Part shown: positions 50,388 through 58,618 of the stretch, in pieces
Layout: each line of letters opens with the position of its first letter
How positions within the stretch are numbered: position 1 is the stretch's first letter
Assembly (NCBI GenBank): GCA_002869265.1
Contig: PKTH01000011.1
Location: 10,843-74,842, forward strand
From: Candidatus Parcubacteria bacterium
GTDB taxonomy: Bacteria > Patescibacteriota > Patescibacteriia > Patescibacteriales > BM507
Direction of reading: 5' to 3'
Length of the DNA stretch: 64,000 nt
Made by a program: the position numbers and the translations under genes
Notes under the pieces: generated by a model
Told to the model about the DNA's origin: nothing
The model's database searches: none
Seen by the model: the letters and a program-made list of their open reading frames with translations, nothing else

Positions 50388-51833
50388 ATGTTAAACGAGT
50401 TAACCATAAAAGAAGCGCAAGAAAAACTAAAAAACAAAGAAATAAGTTCTGTTGATTTAGTGAAAGCTTGCCTTGAGAGAATTAAAAAAACAGACGAAAA
50501 AGTCAAAGCCTGCGTAAGCGTTTTGGAGGAGGGTGCTTTAGTAGAAGCGAAAAAGGCTGACGAGAGAATTGCCAAGGGAGAATGGGAGGAATTACTTGGT
50601 ATTCCTTATATTGCCAAGGACAATATAATGACCAGAGGAGTAAGAACAACAGCTTCTTCAAAAATATTAGAAAACTATATTGCTCCATACGACGCAACTA
50701 TTATTAAAAAGATAAAAGCTGCCGGTGGCATATTGATTGCCAAGGCCAATCTTGATGAATTCGCCCATGGAGCTTCTACTGAAAATTCTGCTTTCGGTAC
50801 TACTCACAACCCTTGGGACTTGTCACGGGTTCCTGGCGGCTCTTCTGGGGGTTCAGCCGCAGCGGTTGCAGCAAATATGTGTATCTTTGCTCTCGGTACA
50901 GATACTGGTGGTTCTATTAGGTGTCCAGCTTCTTTTTGTGGTGTTGTGGGCATGAAACCAACATATGGTAGAGCCTCTCGTTTTGGTCTTATTGCGATGA
51001 CTAGCTCTACTGATGTTCCAGGTCCAATAACCAAAACCATCGAAGACACAGCGATTATTCAAAAAATTATTTCTGGTACCGACAAAAATGATCTAACAAC
51101 AGTTGATGAAAAAATAGATGATTACCAAGAAGAAATTCAAAAAGACATAAAAGGACTAAAGATTGGTCTGCCTAAAGAATTCTTTGAAGAGGGGATAGAT
51201 GCGGGAGTTGCTGATTCACTAAATTCAGCGATTGAGAAGCTAAAAGAATTAGGGGCTGAGTTTGTGGATATTAGTCTTCCCAATACAAAATATGCAGTTC
51301 CTGTTTATTATATAGTTACACCATCGGAGGTTAGCTCTAATTTAGCTCGCTTTGATGGTATTCGCTATGGACTCTCCGATCAAGGAGGAAGCGACTTGTT
51401 TGATATTTATGCTCATAGTCGAGGGAAAGGCCTTGGCCCAGAAGCCAAAAGAAGAATAATGCTTGGAACATATGCACTTTCAGCTGGTTATTATGACGCT
51501 TATTACTTGAAAGCTCAAAAAGTGCGAACATTAATAAAACAAGAAATGGATGAAGCCCTTAAAAAGGTTGATCTTATTTTAACCCCAACATCTCCTCATA
51601 CAGCCTTTAAGATTGGCGAGCAGTCAAACGATCCATTAAAAATGTATTTAGAAGATATATTTGTTACGAGCGCATCTTTGGCCGGGTTGCCTGCCGTCTC
51701 TGTTCCTTGTGGTTTTTCGGACGGTTTGCCAGTCGGAATGCAATTGATCGGATCTCGTTTTGATGAGAAGACTATTTTGCGCGTAGCAAAAAAATACGAA
51801 GAGAATTCAGAAAAAGCCGAGTTGAAAACTTAA
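50388..51833 (+). CDS. gatA: Asp/Glu-tRNA amidotransferase subunit A
   Basis: Amidase signature GGSSGGSAAAVA, GTDTGGSIRCPA, RRIMLGTYALSAGYYDAYY. Confidence 0.97.
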   Translation: MLNELTIKEAQEKLKNKEISSVDLVKACLERIKKTDEKVKACVSVLEEGALVEAKKADERIAKGEWEELLGIPYIAKDNIMTRGVRTTASSKILENYIAPYDATIIKKIKAAGGILIAKANLDEFAHGASTENSAFGTTHNPWDLSRVPGGSSGGSAAAVAANMCIFALGTDTGGSIRCPASFCGVVGMKPTYGRASRFGLIAMTSSTDVPGPITKTIEDTAIIQKIISGTDKNDLTTVDEKIDDYQEEIQKDIKGLKIGLPKEFFEEGIDAGVADSLNSAIEKLKELGAEFVDISLPNTKYAVPVYYIVTPSEVSSNLARFDGIRYGLSDQGGSDLFDIYAHSRGKGLGPEAKRRIMLGTYALSAGYYDAYYLKAQKVRTLIKQEMDEALKKVDLILTPTSPHTAFKIGEQSNDPLKMYLEDIFVTSASLAGLPAVSVPCGFSDGLPVGMQLIGSRFDEKTILRVAKKYEENSEKAELKT

Positions 51834-51863
51834 ATATAATTTTCAAATAATAAATTTAATCTC

Positions 51864-52631
51864 ATGCTAAAAAACAAAAAAGGCAATGCTATTATTATTC
51901 TTTTGGTTGTTTTTTCTTTAATAGGTCTTGCCTATCTTTTTTCTTTTAAAAACAACGACAAGGCAGTTGAAAACATATTGGGTGATACAGGATTAATAGA
52001 GAAGGACAGCACAAAAAATTCGTATAGCCAAGCATTAGACGCCGCTAAAAAACTGAAGTATCTTCAGATGCGACCGATAGATGAGAGTGATTATCATATT
52101 GGCAATCTTGATGCGCCAGTCAAAATAATATATTATTCTGACTTCGAATGTCCGTTTTGCCCCGATTATGTAGAGACTCTTAACACGGTGCTGGAGGAAT
52201 ATAGTAGCGAAGAAGTTGTTTTTGCTTTTAGGCATTTTATCTTAAGTAATCATAGTTTTGCTCTCGATGCCGCCCTGGCTTTTGAGTGTGGAGTAGAGCA
52301 AACTGATTTTATGGATATGTATTTGGCGCTTTATGAGGACAGCAAGAATCAAACATTAACAGAAGAAGAATATTTATCAGATGCCGAAGATTTGGGTCTG
52401 GATACAGAACAGTTTAGCGATTGTCTAAAAACAGAAAAGTATAAACAAAAAATTGATAAGTTGGTTCAAGAAGCAAGAAACTTTGGTGTGACCGGAACCC
52501 CTTCAACTTTTTTGAACGGGAAACCCCTAGCAGGAGCTTACCCTTATGAAGACTTTGTTGATCAATTAGGACAAGAAAAAGAAGGATTAAAAACAATTAT
52601 TGATAAAGAATTAGCAAAACCACAATTTTAA
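51864..52631 (+). CDS. Membrane-anchored DsbA-family oxidoreductase
   Basis: YSDFECPFC, GVTGTPSTF. Confidence 0.88.
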   Translation: MLKNKKGNAIIILLVVFSLIGLAYLFSFKNNDKAVENILGDTGLIEKDSTKNSYSQALDAAKKLKYLQMRPIDESDYHIGNLDAPVKIIYYSDFECPFCPDYVETLNTVLEEYSSEEVVFAFRHFILSNHSFALDAALAFECGVEQTDFMDMYLALYEDSKNQTLTEEEYLSDAEDLGLDTEQFSDCLKTEKYKQKIDKLVQEARNFGVTGTPSTFLNGKPLAGAYPYEDFVDQLGQEKEGLKTIIDKELAKPQF

Positions 52632-52632
52632 T

Positions 52633-52983
52633 ATGGCAGATTACGCAACAAAATTAATAGGGCAGAAGGTTACTGTGATGATGGATAGAAAGATGGGTTC
52701 GGTTCATCCTAGATTTAAAGAAATATATTATTGTCAGAACTATGGTTATGTTCCAGAAACTAAAGCGCCAGATGGTGATGAAATAGATGCTTATGTCTTG
52801 GGAGTTTTCAAGCCTTTCCATAAATATATTGGCAAGGCGATCGCGGTTGTGAGAAGAGAAGATGACGATGATGATAAATTGATTGTTGTTCCAGATGGAG
52901 TAGATTATAGTGATGAGCAGATATTGGCTTTAGTAGAATTTCAAGAAAGATTTTTTAAAGCAAGTGTTATAAGAAAAGATTGA
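52633..52983 (+). CDS. Short family-I inorganic pyrophosphatase-like protein
   Basis: NYGYVPET…DGDEIDAYVLG…DDKLIV. Confidence 0.8.
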   Translation: MADYATKLIGQKVTVMMDRKMGSVHPRFKEIYYCQNYGYVPETKAPDGDEIDAYVLGVFKPFHKYIGKAIAVVRREDDDDDKLIVVPDGVDYSDEQILALVEFQERFFKASVIRKD

Positions 52984-52995
52984 AATAAAATATAA

Positions 52996-53079
52996 GGAGA
53001 GTTCGCCTAGAGGCCTATGGCGCCCGCTTGGAAAGCGGGTGGGTTCACGCCCACGCGGGTTCGAATCCCGCACTCTCCG
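52996..53079 (+). tRNA. tRNA-Ser(GGA)
   Basis: GGAGAGT/ACTCTCC acceptor stem, CCCGC-TTGGAAA-GCGGG anticodon arm, variable arm, GGTTCGAATCC. Confidence 0.93.
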
Positions 53080-53095
53080 CAATTAAGTTGTTTAA

Positions 53096-53716
53096 ATGAA
53101 AAAAATTAATCCCCAGGTTAAAGCAGCAAAAATTGAAAAGAAGCATTTAGCTAAACATGAGACAAAAAGAGAAATTTTGTTCCGTTTTTTGATTCTTATT
53201 GCCATCCTTGGTGCGTATTTTGTCTACCTTACATTGGAGCATGGACTAGGAAGGGGTTTTTCAGTTTTATTGATAACCTGGAGCTTTTTTGTTCTCTGTA
53301 CGCCAATAGCCGATGCAGGATTTATTCTAGATTTTCCAATACGGCTTTTCCTGCGAATAAAAATGTTTGTTAGCGAAGTTGTAGTATGGGTCATTGCAAT
53401 CTTGATAAATATTTCTTTTTTGCTTTTTAGGCCGGAGATATACAATTCAGATCTTCTGACAAAAATATTTAAAGAAATACTAACCAATCCTTTTCCTTAT
53501 TGGTCTATTATTATTTTGTCAGGAATAGGGACATTCTTATCAGTTTCCTTTGGGGATGAACTCTTAGATGTAATCCGCTACAAAGACAGAAAGCTTTTCA
53601 ATAAAAGAAGTTTTATTGCAAAGAGTGTTTTTCTGTTTTCAGTATTTATTATTATATTTATTCTTTACGATATTTTAATATACAAGCTAGGTTTAAATAC
53701 TGTTTTTGCAAGATAG
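53096..53716 (+). CDS. Hypothetical integral membrane protein
   Basis: About 5 TMs; conserved-looking WSFFVLCTPIADAGF…DFPIRL. Confidence 0.65.
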   Translation: MKKINPQVKAAKIEKKHLAKHETKREILFRFLILIAILGAYFVYLTLEHGLGRGFSVLLITWSFFVLCTPIADAGFILDFPIRLFLRIKMFVSEVVVWVIAILINISFLLFRPEIYNSDLLTKIFKEILTNPFPYWSIIILSGIGTFLSVSFGDELLDVIRYKDRKLFNKRSFIAKSVFLFSVFIIIFILYDILIYKLGLNTVFAR

Positions 53717-53761
53717 TATTTTTTTGTGAGAAAATTCTTTAAATTTAGTAAAAAAATAGTT

Positions 53762-54919
53762 ATGTCAGATCAATACAAGGAGGTAGTAAGTAGAGGCTTA
53801 GGCTCTAGACTAATGAATTCAATCAAAGGAATATTGATTGGTCTTCTTTTGTTTGTGGTTTCATTTATTGTTTTGTATGTAAACGAAGGGAGAGTGGATC
53901 TTTCAAAGGTCGCCGAAGAGGCGATTCAAATAGATTTAAGTGAAGAGGTACAACTTGGTTTAGATGGACTGCTTATTTCTTCAACGGGTGAATTGAAATC
54001 AGACGAAAAAATAGGAGATACTTATCTAGTAGAAGGAGATTATCTTCTCATAAAAAGAGTTGTGGAGATGTATGCTTGGGAGGAGGAATCTCATTCAGAA
54101 ACAGAGAAAAATATTGGTGGCTCTGAAACAACAGAGACGACTTATACCTACACCACTAAATGGACAAGTTCTCCAAAAAGTTCTTCAAGGTTCAAAATAG
54201 AGGAGGGGCACACAAATCCTAAACTAAAGATTGATTCAAAGACTATTACAACAAAAAAAGCTATGCTGGGTTTATACGAGCTTGATACGGCGAGTGTTAG
54301 CTTGCCTCAACCTTTTAGTCTTGATCTTACAGAAGACAAGGTGATTGAAAAAGATTCTTTCAGACTTGTTGGAGATTATTTATACCAGGGGAACGGAACT
54401 CTCGGCAACCCGGCAGTTGGTGACTTGCGGATTAGTTATCTTGGCTTAGAGAATCCTATGGAGCGAGCAACTATTTTTGGTTCAATCAATGTTTCTCAAA
54501 AAAGTATCGAAGCCCATAGAGACAAAAAAGCAAAACTCTTCAGAGTTTTTGATGGTAGTAGAGAAGAGGCTATCACAAAGATGGCCACTGAACATTCGAC
54601 CATGACCTGGATTTTACGACTAGTTGGATTTTTTATGATGTGGTTTGGGCTTATGGCCCTATTTGGACCAATTTCCGTTGTCTTGGATATTCTCCCTACC
54701 TTTGGTTCAATCAGTCGTTTTAGTATTGGTCTAGTTTCATTTTTCGCTTCACTTGTTTTATCGGGGGTTACTATTATAGTTTCTAAAATAGCTCATAACC
54801 CAGTAGCTCTTTTTATGGTGGTTTTAATTTTTGTTGTGATAATGTTAAGCTATTTGAAAACCAAAAGAAAAAAGGGCTATGTCGACAAGGATGGAGGTAG
54901 TATCTTAAATAATATTTAA
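53762..54919 (+). CDS. TMEM43/LUMA-family membrane protein
   Basis: TM-NEGR, large loop with RVVEMYAWEE and VGDLRISY, TWILRLVGF plus 3 C-terminal TMs. Confidence 0.8.
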   Translation: MSDQYKEVVSRGLGSRLMNSIKGILIGLLLFVVSFIVLYVNEGRVDLSKVAEEAIQIDLSEEVQLGLDGLLISSTGELKSDEKIGDTYLVEGDYLLIKRVVEMYAWEEESHSETEKNIGGSETTETTYTYTTKWTSSPKSSSRFKIEEGHTNPKLKIDSKTITTKKAMLGLYELDTASVSLPQPFSLDLTEDKVIEKDSFRLVGDYLYQGNGTLGNPAVGDLRISYLGLENPMERATIFGSINVSQKSIEAHRDKKAKLFRVFDGSREEAITKMATEHSTMTWILRLVGFFMMWFGLMALFGPISVVLDILPTFGSISRFSIGLVSFFASLVLSGVTIIVSKIAHNPVALFMVVLIFVVIMLSYLKTKRKKGYVDKDGGSILNNI

Positions 54920-54942
54920 TTTTATAAATAAATAATAAAACT

Positions 54943-55419
54943 ATGAATTATTATTTAGCAGTTTTGAAAAAGTACGCAGTTTTTAATGGGCGTGCTCGTA
55001 GGGCAGAGTATTGGTACTTTGTTTTATTCAATATGATATTCGCCATGGTTCTGGGGATTATCCAAAATACACTAGGTCTATCAACAGAGGATGGTGGTCC
55101 ACTGACAGATATTTACCAATTAGCTGTTTTTATTCCAAGTATTGCCGCAGCGGTTAGAAGAATGCACGATGTAAACAAAAGCGGTTGGTTTGTTCTGATC
55201 CCACTGTATAACTTATTTCTAGCTGTGACCGCTGGGGACAAGGGAGAAAATAGATTTGGCCCAGACCCAATAGAAGAGGAAGAGAAACAAACGGGCACAA
55301 AGACAGAGCCAAAGAGTGAAGAAAAAGTAGTTGAAGCTAGTGTTGAACCTGTAAATGAAGAAAAAGGTGAGTCTGCTGAAGAATCAATAGAAAAGGAAAG
55401 AGAAGAATTGGGCAAGTAA
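54943..55419 (+). CDS. DUF805 (YhaH-like) membrane protein with acidic tail
   Basis: FNGRARRAEYWYF, VRRMHDVNKSGW, NRFGPDP. Confidence 0.9.
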   Translation: MNYYLAVLKKYAVFNGRARRAEYWYFVLFNMIFAMVLGIIQNTLGLSTEDGGPLTDIYQLAVFIPSIAAAVRRMHDVNKSGWFVLIPLYNLFLAVTAGDKGENRFGPDPIEEEEKQTGTKTEPKSEEKVVEASVEPVNEEKGESAEESIEKEREELGK

Positions 55420-55433
55420 TTTTTACCAAATAG

Positions 55434-55461
55434 AAAAGCTCAGCTATTTAGCTGAGCTTTT
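55434..55461. terminator. Bidirectional intrinsic terminator
   Basis: aaaagctcagct-attt-agctgagctttt between convergent genes. Confidence 0.85.
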
Positions 55462-55468
55462 TGTTTTT

Positions 55469-55705
55469 TTACAATGAGCTTATTGCTTTTTGAGCAATCT
55501 TTAAGTGTTCTGGGGAGCCAACAACCATGATATGGAAAGCTTCTGCCAGTAGGCGACAACCCATAATCTGAACAAGCGAGCTACCGGATATTACTCCTTC
55601 TTCTGAAAGTTCTTCAGCGCGTTCAATGATCTTGATTCCTTCTTGATTTTTGATCATATCAGGATTGTCTTTAACAAACTTTTTAACGTTCTCGACAGCA
55701 TACAT
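55469..55705 (-). CDS. Small orphan protein
   Basis: 78-aa ORF with AAGGAGG SD; ends at the terminator. Confidence 0.7.
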   Translation of the reverse strand: MYAVENVKKFVKDNPDMIKNQEGIKIIERAEELSEEGVISGSSLVQIMGCRLLAEAFHIMVVGSPEHLKIAQKAISSL

Positions 55706-55778
55706 ATATGTCTCCTCCTTAGAAAATGTTCAATATAAGAGCATTTAATCATAAAATAATATATCTGTCCATTTAGTA

Positions 55779-55807
55779 TTGACAAAGTAGACTAAAAGAT
55801 GGATAAT
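55779..55807 (+). promoter_or_regulatory. sigma70-type promoter
   Basis: TTGACA-17 nt-GATAAT upstream of the SD-led ORF at 55853. Confidence 0.65.
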
Positions 55808-55852
55808 GGTGAGGTTGTTTAACAACATTGCTCATTTTAAAGAGGAGGCGAT

Positions 55853-56227
55853 ATGGAAAACCATATAGGAGAGAATTTCTATATTCGGGTAGAATGCCCG
55901 GTTTTCATAAAGCCTGGCTCTGCCACAATCATTAGTTTCAGAACTTCTGAACCCGCAAGAATCATAAAAATAGGTCAAGCATATAGCGAAATATCAAAAG
56001 AAGAAGAACTTTGTTTTATTGTCCAATTTGATGATGGTGAATTATTATCCATTCCGAGAAGATTAGAAAAATTAGGTCTACTAACAGTTATTGGAGGGGA
56101 GGATTTTTTAACAAAAAAAGAATTGCAAGAATATTCCAGTCGGAATAATAATCAAACATTCAAAGTGAAAAAAGGAGAGAGAAGTGGGAGAAATTCAACT
56201 GAAAACAATCGACGGCGAAGAGATTGA
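55853..56227 (+). CDS. Small orphan protein
   Basis: GAGGAGG SD, upstream promoter. Confidence 0.65.
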   Translation: MENHIGENFYIRVECPVFIKPGSATIISFRTSEPARIIKIGQAYSEISKEEELCFIVQFDDGELLSIPRRLEKLGLLTVIGGEDFLTKKELQEYSSRNNNQTFKVKKGERSGRNSTENNRRRRD

Positions 56228-56342
56228 CGGCAAAATAATTTCGATAGAAATGTCTTTGGCAGGCAAAATATTGGTAGTTTCGTGCTCCGGCACAGAAAAA
56301 CATTTTATGCAAACACCAGCTGGCTTGAAACTCCTCAAATAA
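56184..56342 (+). CDS. Unannotated 52-aa protein (MGEIQLKTIDGEEIDGKII…LKLLK)
   Basis: AAAGGAG SD, GTG start, stop directly followed by a terminator; below the ORF-track cutoff. Confidence 0.6.
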   Translation: MGEIQLKTIDGEEIDGKIISIEMSLAGKILVVSCSGTEKHFMQTPAGLKLLK

Positions 56343-56348
56343 AATTTC

Positions 56349-56380
56349 AAAGCAGGATGAATAAATCCTGCTTTTCTTTT
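56349..56380 (+). terminator. Intrinsic terminator
   Basis: aaagcaggat-gaataa-atcctgcttt plus T tract. Confidence 0.8.
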
Positions 56381-56440
56381 TACCGAAAATATGTCAAAGT
56401 ATAGTTATAACCCAAACCGTTCTTTGAAAGGAGGTGACAT

Positions 56441-56749
56441 ATGTCTGTTCCGAATATAAGTAAAAAAATGAAGAAAGAAGCCCTAGCCTTCCTTGAGCAA
56501 TGTGAATTGTTCGGAGAAAAAAACCTGGAAGGTAACCCCATTATTTTGGCGCATCAGTCAGAAAGCGATTTTGTACATCCCGACAATGGGAGCCCAGTAA
56601 ACCGTCGGCAGGGAAGACCAGCAATATCTTATTTTTACTTAAGCATAAATGTCGGCAGACAAGTATTTTCTGTCAGTGCAGTTGATAATCGAAATGTTGC
56701 TCGTTTTATGAAAAAGGGAGAAAAGAAAGATGATGATAAACGTATTTAA
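56441..56749 (+). CDS. Small orphan protein
   Basis: Perfect AAGGAGGTGA SD. Confidence 0.65.
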   Translation: MSVPNISKKMKKEALAFLEQCELFGEKNLEGNPIILAHQSESDFVHPDNGSPVNRRQGRPAISYFYLSINVGRQVFSVSAVDNRNVARFMKKGEKKDDDKRI

Positions 56750-56787
56750 GAAACAGAAAAAAACAAAAACCTCCACTCAAACCAACT

Positions 56788-56817
56788 AAAAGACCCAAAT
56801 TGAAAATGGGTCTTTTT
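56788..56817 (+). terminator. Intrinsic terminator
   Basis: aaaagaccca…tgggtcttttt. Confidence 0.8.
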
Positions 56818-56856
56818 ATTTGACAATATTAACAAAAAATGTTAAACATTAGATAT

Positions 56857-56985
56857 ATGGATAAAATAAATTTTAACAATCTAAACAAAGCTTACAGAAA
56901 CGCTCCAATTGGTGCGGGTCTTATGGTTTCTGGAACCAGAAAATCCAGCAAGCTTTTGTTTAGACGTGGTAAGTTTATTATGTAA
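56857..56985 (+). CDS. Putative leaderless 42-aa leader peptide upstream of the GNAT gene
   Basis: MDKINFNNLNKAYRNAPIGAGLMVSGTRKSSKLLFRRGKFIM*, directly after TTGACA (56820)-17 nt-TAAACA and before a terminator. Confidence 0.5.
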   Translation: MDKINFNNLNKAYRNAPIGAGLMVSGTRKSSKLLFRRGKFIM

Positions 56986-57004
56986 TATTTGATTATTTTA
57001 GATA

Positions 57005-57040
57005 AAAAGACCTCGACTGAACAAAAGTCGAGGTCTTTTG
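57005..57040 (+). terminator. Attenuator-type terminator in the GNAT 5' leader
   Basis: 14-bp stem aaaagacctcgact / agtcgaggtctttt between the promoter and the GNAT start. Confidence 0.8.
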
Positions 57041-57078
57041 TATTCAGTGAATTTTGGTTCTTTTCAAAGGAGAAAAAA

Positions 57079-57648
57079 ATGAGAGAAGCAAAGTTTATCC
57101 AAGGCAAGCGTCTTTATCTACGTCCGGTTATGAAAGATGATGCAAATATCTTTCAAGTTTGGATCAATGATCGGGAAGTTACAAAATTTCTCGTGGTCAA
57201 CACTCCAGTAACCATGCAAATGCAAGAGAAGTGGGTAGAAGATAGGGCAGTAAATGATACATCTATGGTTCTTTCGATTGTTTTAAACAATGGCACTCTT
57301 ATTGGCAACATAGCCGTGAGGGACATTAATCGTGTGGATAGAACTGCTAACACCGGTTGTGTAATTGGCGAAAAGGATGAATGGGGTAAGGGCTATGGAA
57401 GGGAAGCAAAGATGCTTTTCCTGGATTATCTTTTTAACACGCTCAATCTTAGAAAGATTAATTCCACTGCCATAGCATTTAACGGCAGAAGCATTTCATA
57501 TCAAATGAAATGTGGGGCAGTTCAGGAAGGTTTGAAGAAAAAGCAAATCTTCCAAGATGGACAATATCACGACGAAGTTGTTTTAGCAGTATTTAAAGAG
57601 GATTTTGAAAAGCTATGGAAGAAAGAAAGTGGCAAATTTCTTTCTTAG
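57079..57648 (+). CDS. RimJ/RimL-family GNAT N-acetyltransferase
   Basis: RLYLRP, WGKGYGREA, LNLRKI, FNGRSI; AAGGAG SD before ATG 57079. Confidence 0.88.
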   Translation: MREAKFIQGKRLYLRPVMKDDANIFQVWINDREVTKFLVVNTPVTMQMQEKWVEDRAVNDTSMVLSIVLNNGTLIGNIAVRDINRVDRTANTGCVIGEKDEWGKGYGREAKMLFLDYLFNTLNLRKINSTAIAFNGRSISYQMKCGAVQEGLKKKQIFQDGQYHDEVVLAVFKEDFEKLWKKESGKFLS

Positions 57649-57649
57649 T

Positions 57650-57680
57650 AAAAAAGCGCACAATTAATTTGTGCGCTTTT
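57650..57680. terminator. Bidirectional terminator
   Basis: aaaagcgcacaa-ttaat-ttgtgcgctttt between convergent ORFs. Confidence 0.85.
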
Positions 57681-57807
57681 AATCTTTGAACTTTTCTTTT
57701 CTTTTTTTGCGGTGGTATTTTACTCGGTAGACGATCATTGGCATGGCAATGATAACTGTGATAAAGATCATGAAATAGTAAAGAGCGTCATCGTGACTTG
57801 CTTGCAT
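57679..57807 (-). CDS. Unannotated 42-aa single-TM peptide with basic tail
   Basis: MQASHDDALYYFMIFITVIIAMPMIVYRVKYHRKKRKEKFKD*; SD AAAGGAGAGG; promoter TTGACA-17 nt-TATGTT on the minus strand. Confidence 0.65.
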   Translation of the reverse strand: MQASHDDALYYFMIFITVIIAMPMIVYRVKYHRKKRKEKFKD

Positions 57808-57937
57808 AGCCTCTCCTTTCGCAAATGGTTTATGACAACATATCAAGCATAAAAACTATTGTCAATTAGAAAAATTAGTTAATAAATGCTATAATATAGA
57901 TAGTTCTTTACATTTCTCTTTTGAAAAAGGAGGAGTT

Positions 57938-58276
57938 ATGGATAAAATAACAATAGAAGAATTAGCAGATACTTTGGGACTCGAGGAGGAGCAAACAGAA
58001 ATTATTGATTTAAACCAAGAAATAGATGCAGAAGGAGTTGATTGGGTCCAAGAAGAAGGTGGAATTGTATATATTAGAGTAGGGGCAAGGCTAACAGAAG
58101 TGACCGCAGAACATGCGGGACATCCAAAGGATCGAGCAATAGTGGTGGTTCAGAATGGTTTGGAAATGCAATTTCCGGTCAAAGAAAGTCTGGGTTTTAG
58201 ATTTAGAGATGAAGACACTAAGAAGCCGTTCGAAACCCCGTACTACATGAGTGATATGATTTTTAATGATGAGTAA
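57938..58276 (+). CDS. Small acidic orphan protein
   Basis: TGCTATAAT promoter, AAGGAGG SD, downstream terminator. Confidence 0.7.
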   Translation: MDKITIEELADTLGLEEEQTEIIDLNQEIDAEGVDWVQEEGGIVYIRVGARLTEVTAEHAGHPKDRAIVVVQNGLEMQFPVKESLGFRFRDEDTKKPFETPYYMSDMIFNDE

Positions 58277-58280
58277 AAAT

Positions 58281-58305
58281 AAGCCCATTTTAAAATGGGC
58301 TTTTT
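58281..58305 (+). terminator. Intrinsic terminator
   Basis: aagcccatttt-aaaatgggctt inverted repeat plus T tract. Confidence 0.8.
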
Positions 58306-58430
58306 CATTTCTATATAAACCAAGTCTAGGCACTAGGTGACTTGCCAAAGGACTTGGTTTTTTGCTAAAATATGCTAAAATATAGTGGTGAAAATAATTA
58401 AGTATAGAATTAATTCTATACATAAATTTT

Positions 58431-58616
58431 ATGGCTAGAACAAACTTAGATGATCGTAATATTAGGAAATTATCGAGAGTGGGGAGTGGAAAAACATATA
58501 CAATCACTCTGCCAATAGAGGCTATTCGAAAGTTTGGTTGGCAGAAAAAGCAAAAACTGGAAGTGGAGGTAGATGAGGAGGGTAAACGTTTAATAGTTAA
58601 GGACTGGGAAAAATAG
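58431..58616 (+). CDS. AbrB/MazE/SpoVT-family DNA-binding protein
   Basis: RKLSRVGSGKTYTITLPIEAIRKFGWQKKQKLEV swapped-hairpin signature. Confidence 0.85.
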   Translation: MARTNLDDRNIRKLSRVGSGKTYTITLPIEAIRKFGWQKKQKLEVEVDEEGKRLIVKDWEK

Positions 58617-58618
58617 CT

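Noticed and set aside
56729..56788. 19-codon Lys/Thr-rich ORF after a GGGAG
   Set aside because: Too short and low-complexity, with weak SD spacing; cannot be supported
56989..57078. TTG-start 30-aa extension of the GNAT
   Set aside because: Crosses the terminator hairpin; SD and family homology support ATG 57079
55434..58305. Integron cassette array or prophage remnant
   Set aside because: Genes are in mixed orientation with their own promoters; hairpins look like Rho-independent terminators, not attC sites; no integrase or phage hallmark genes
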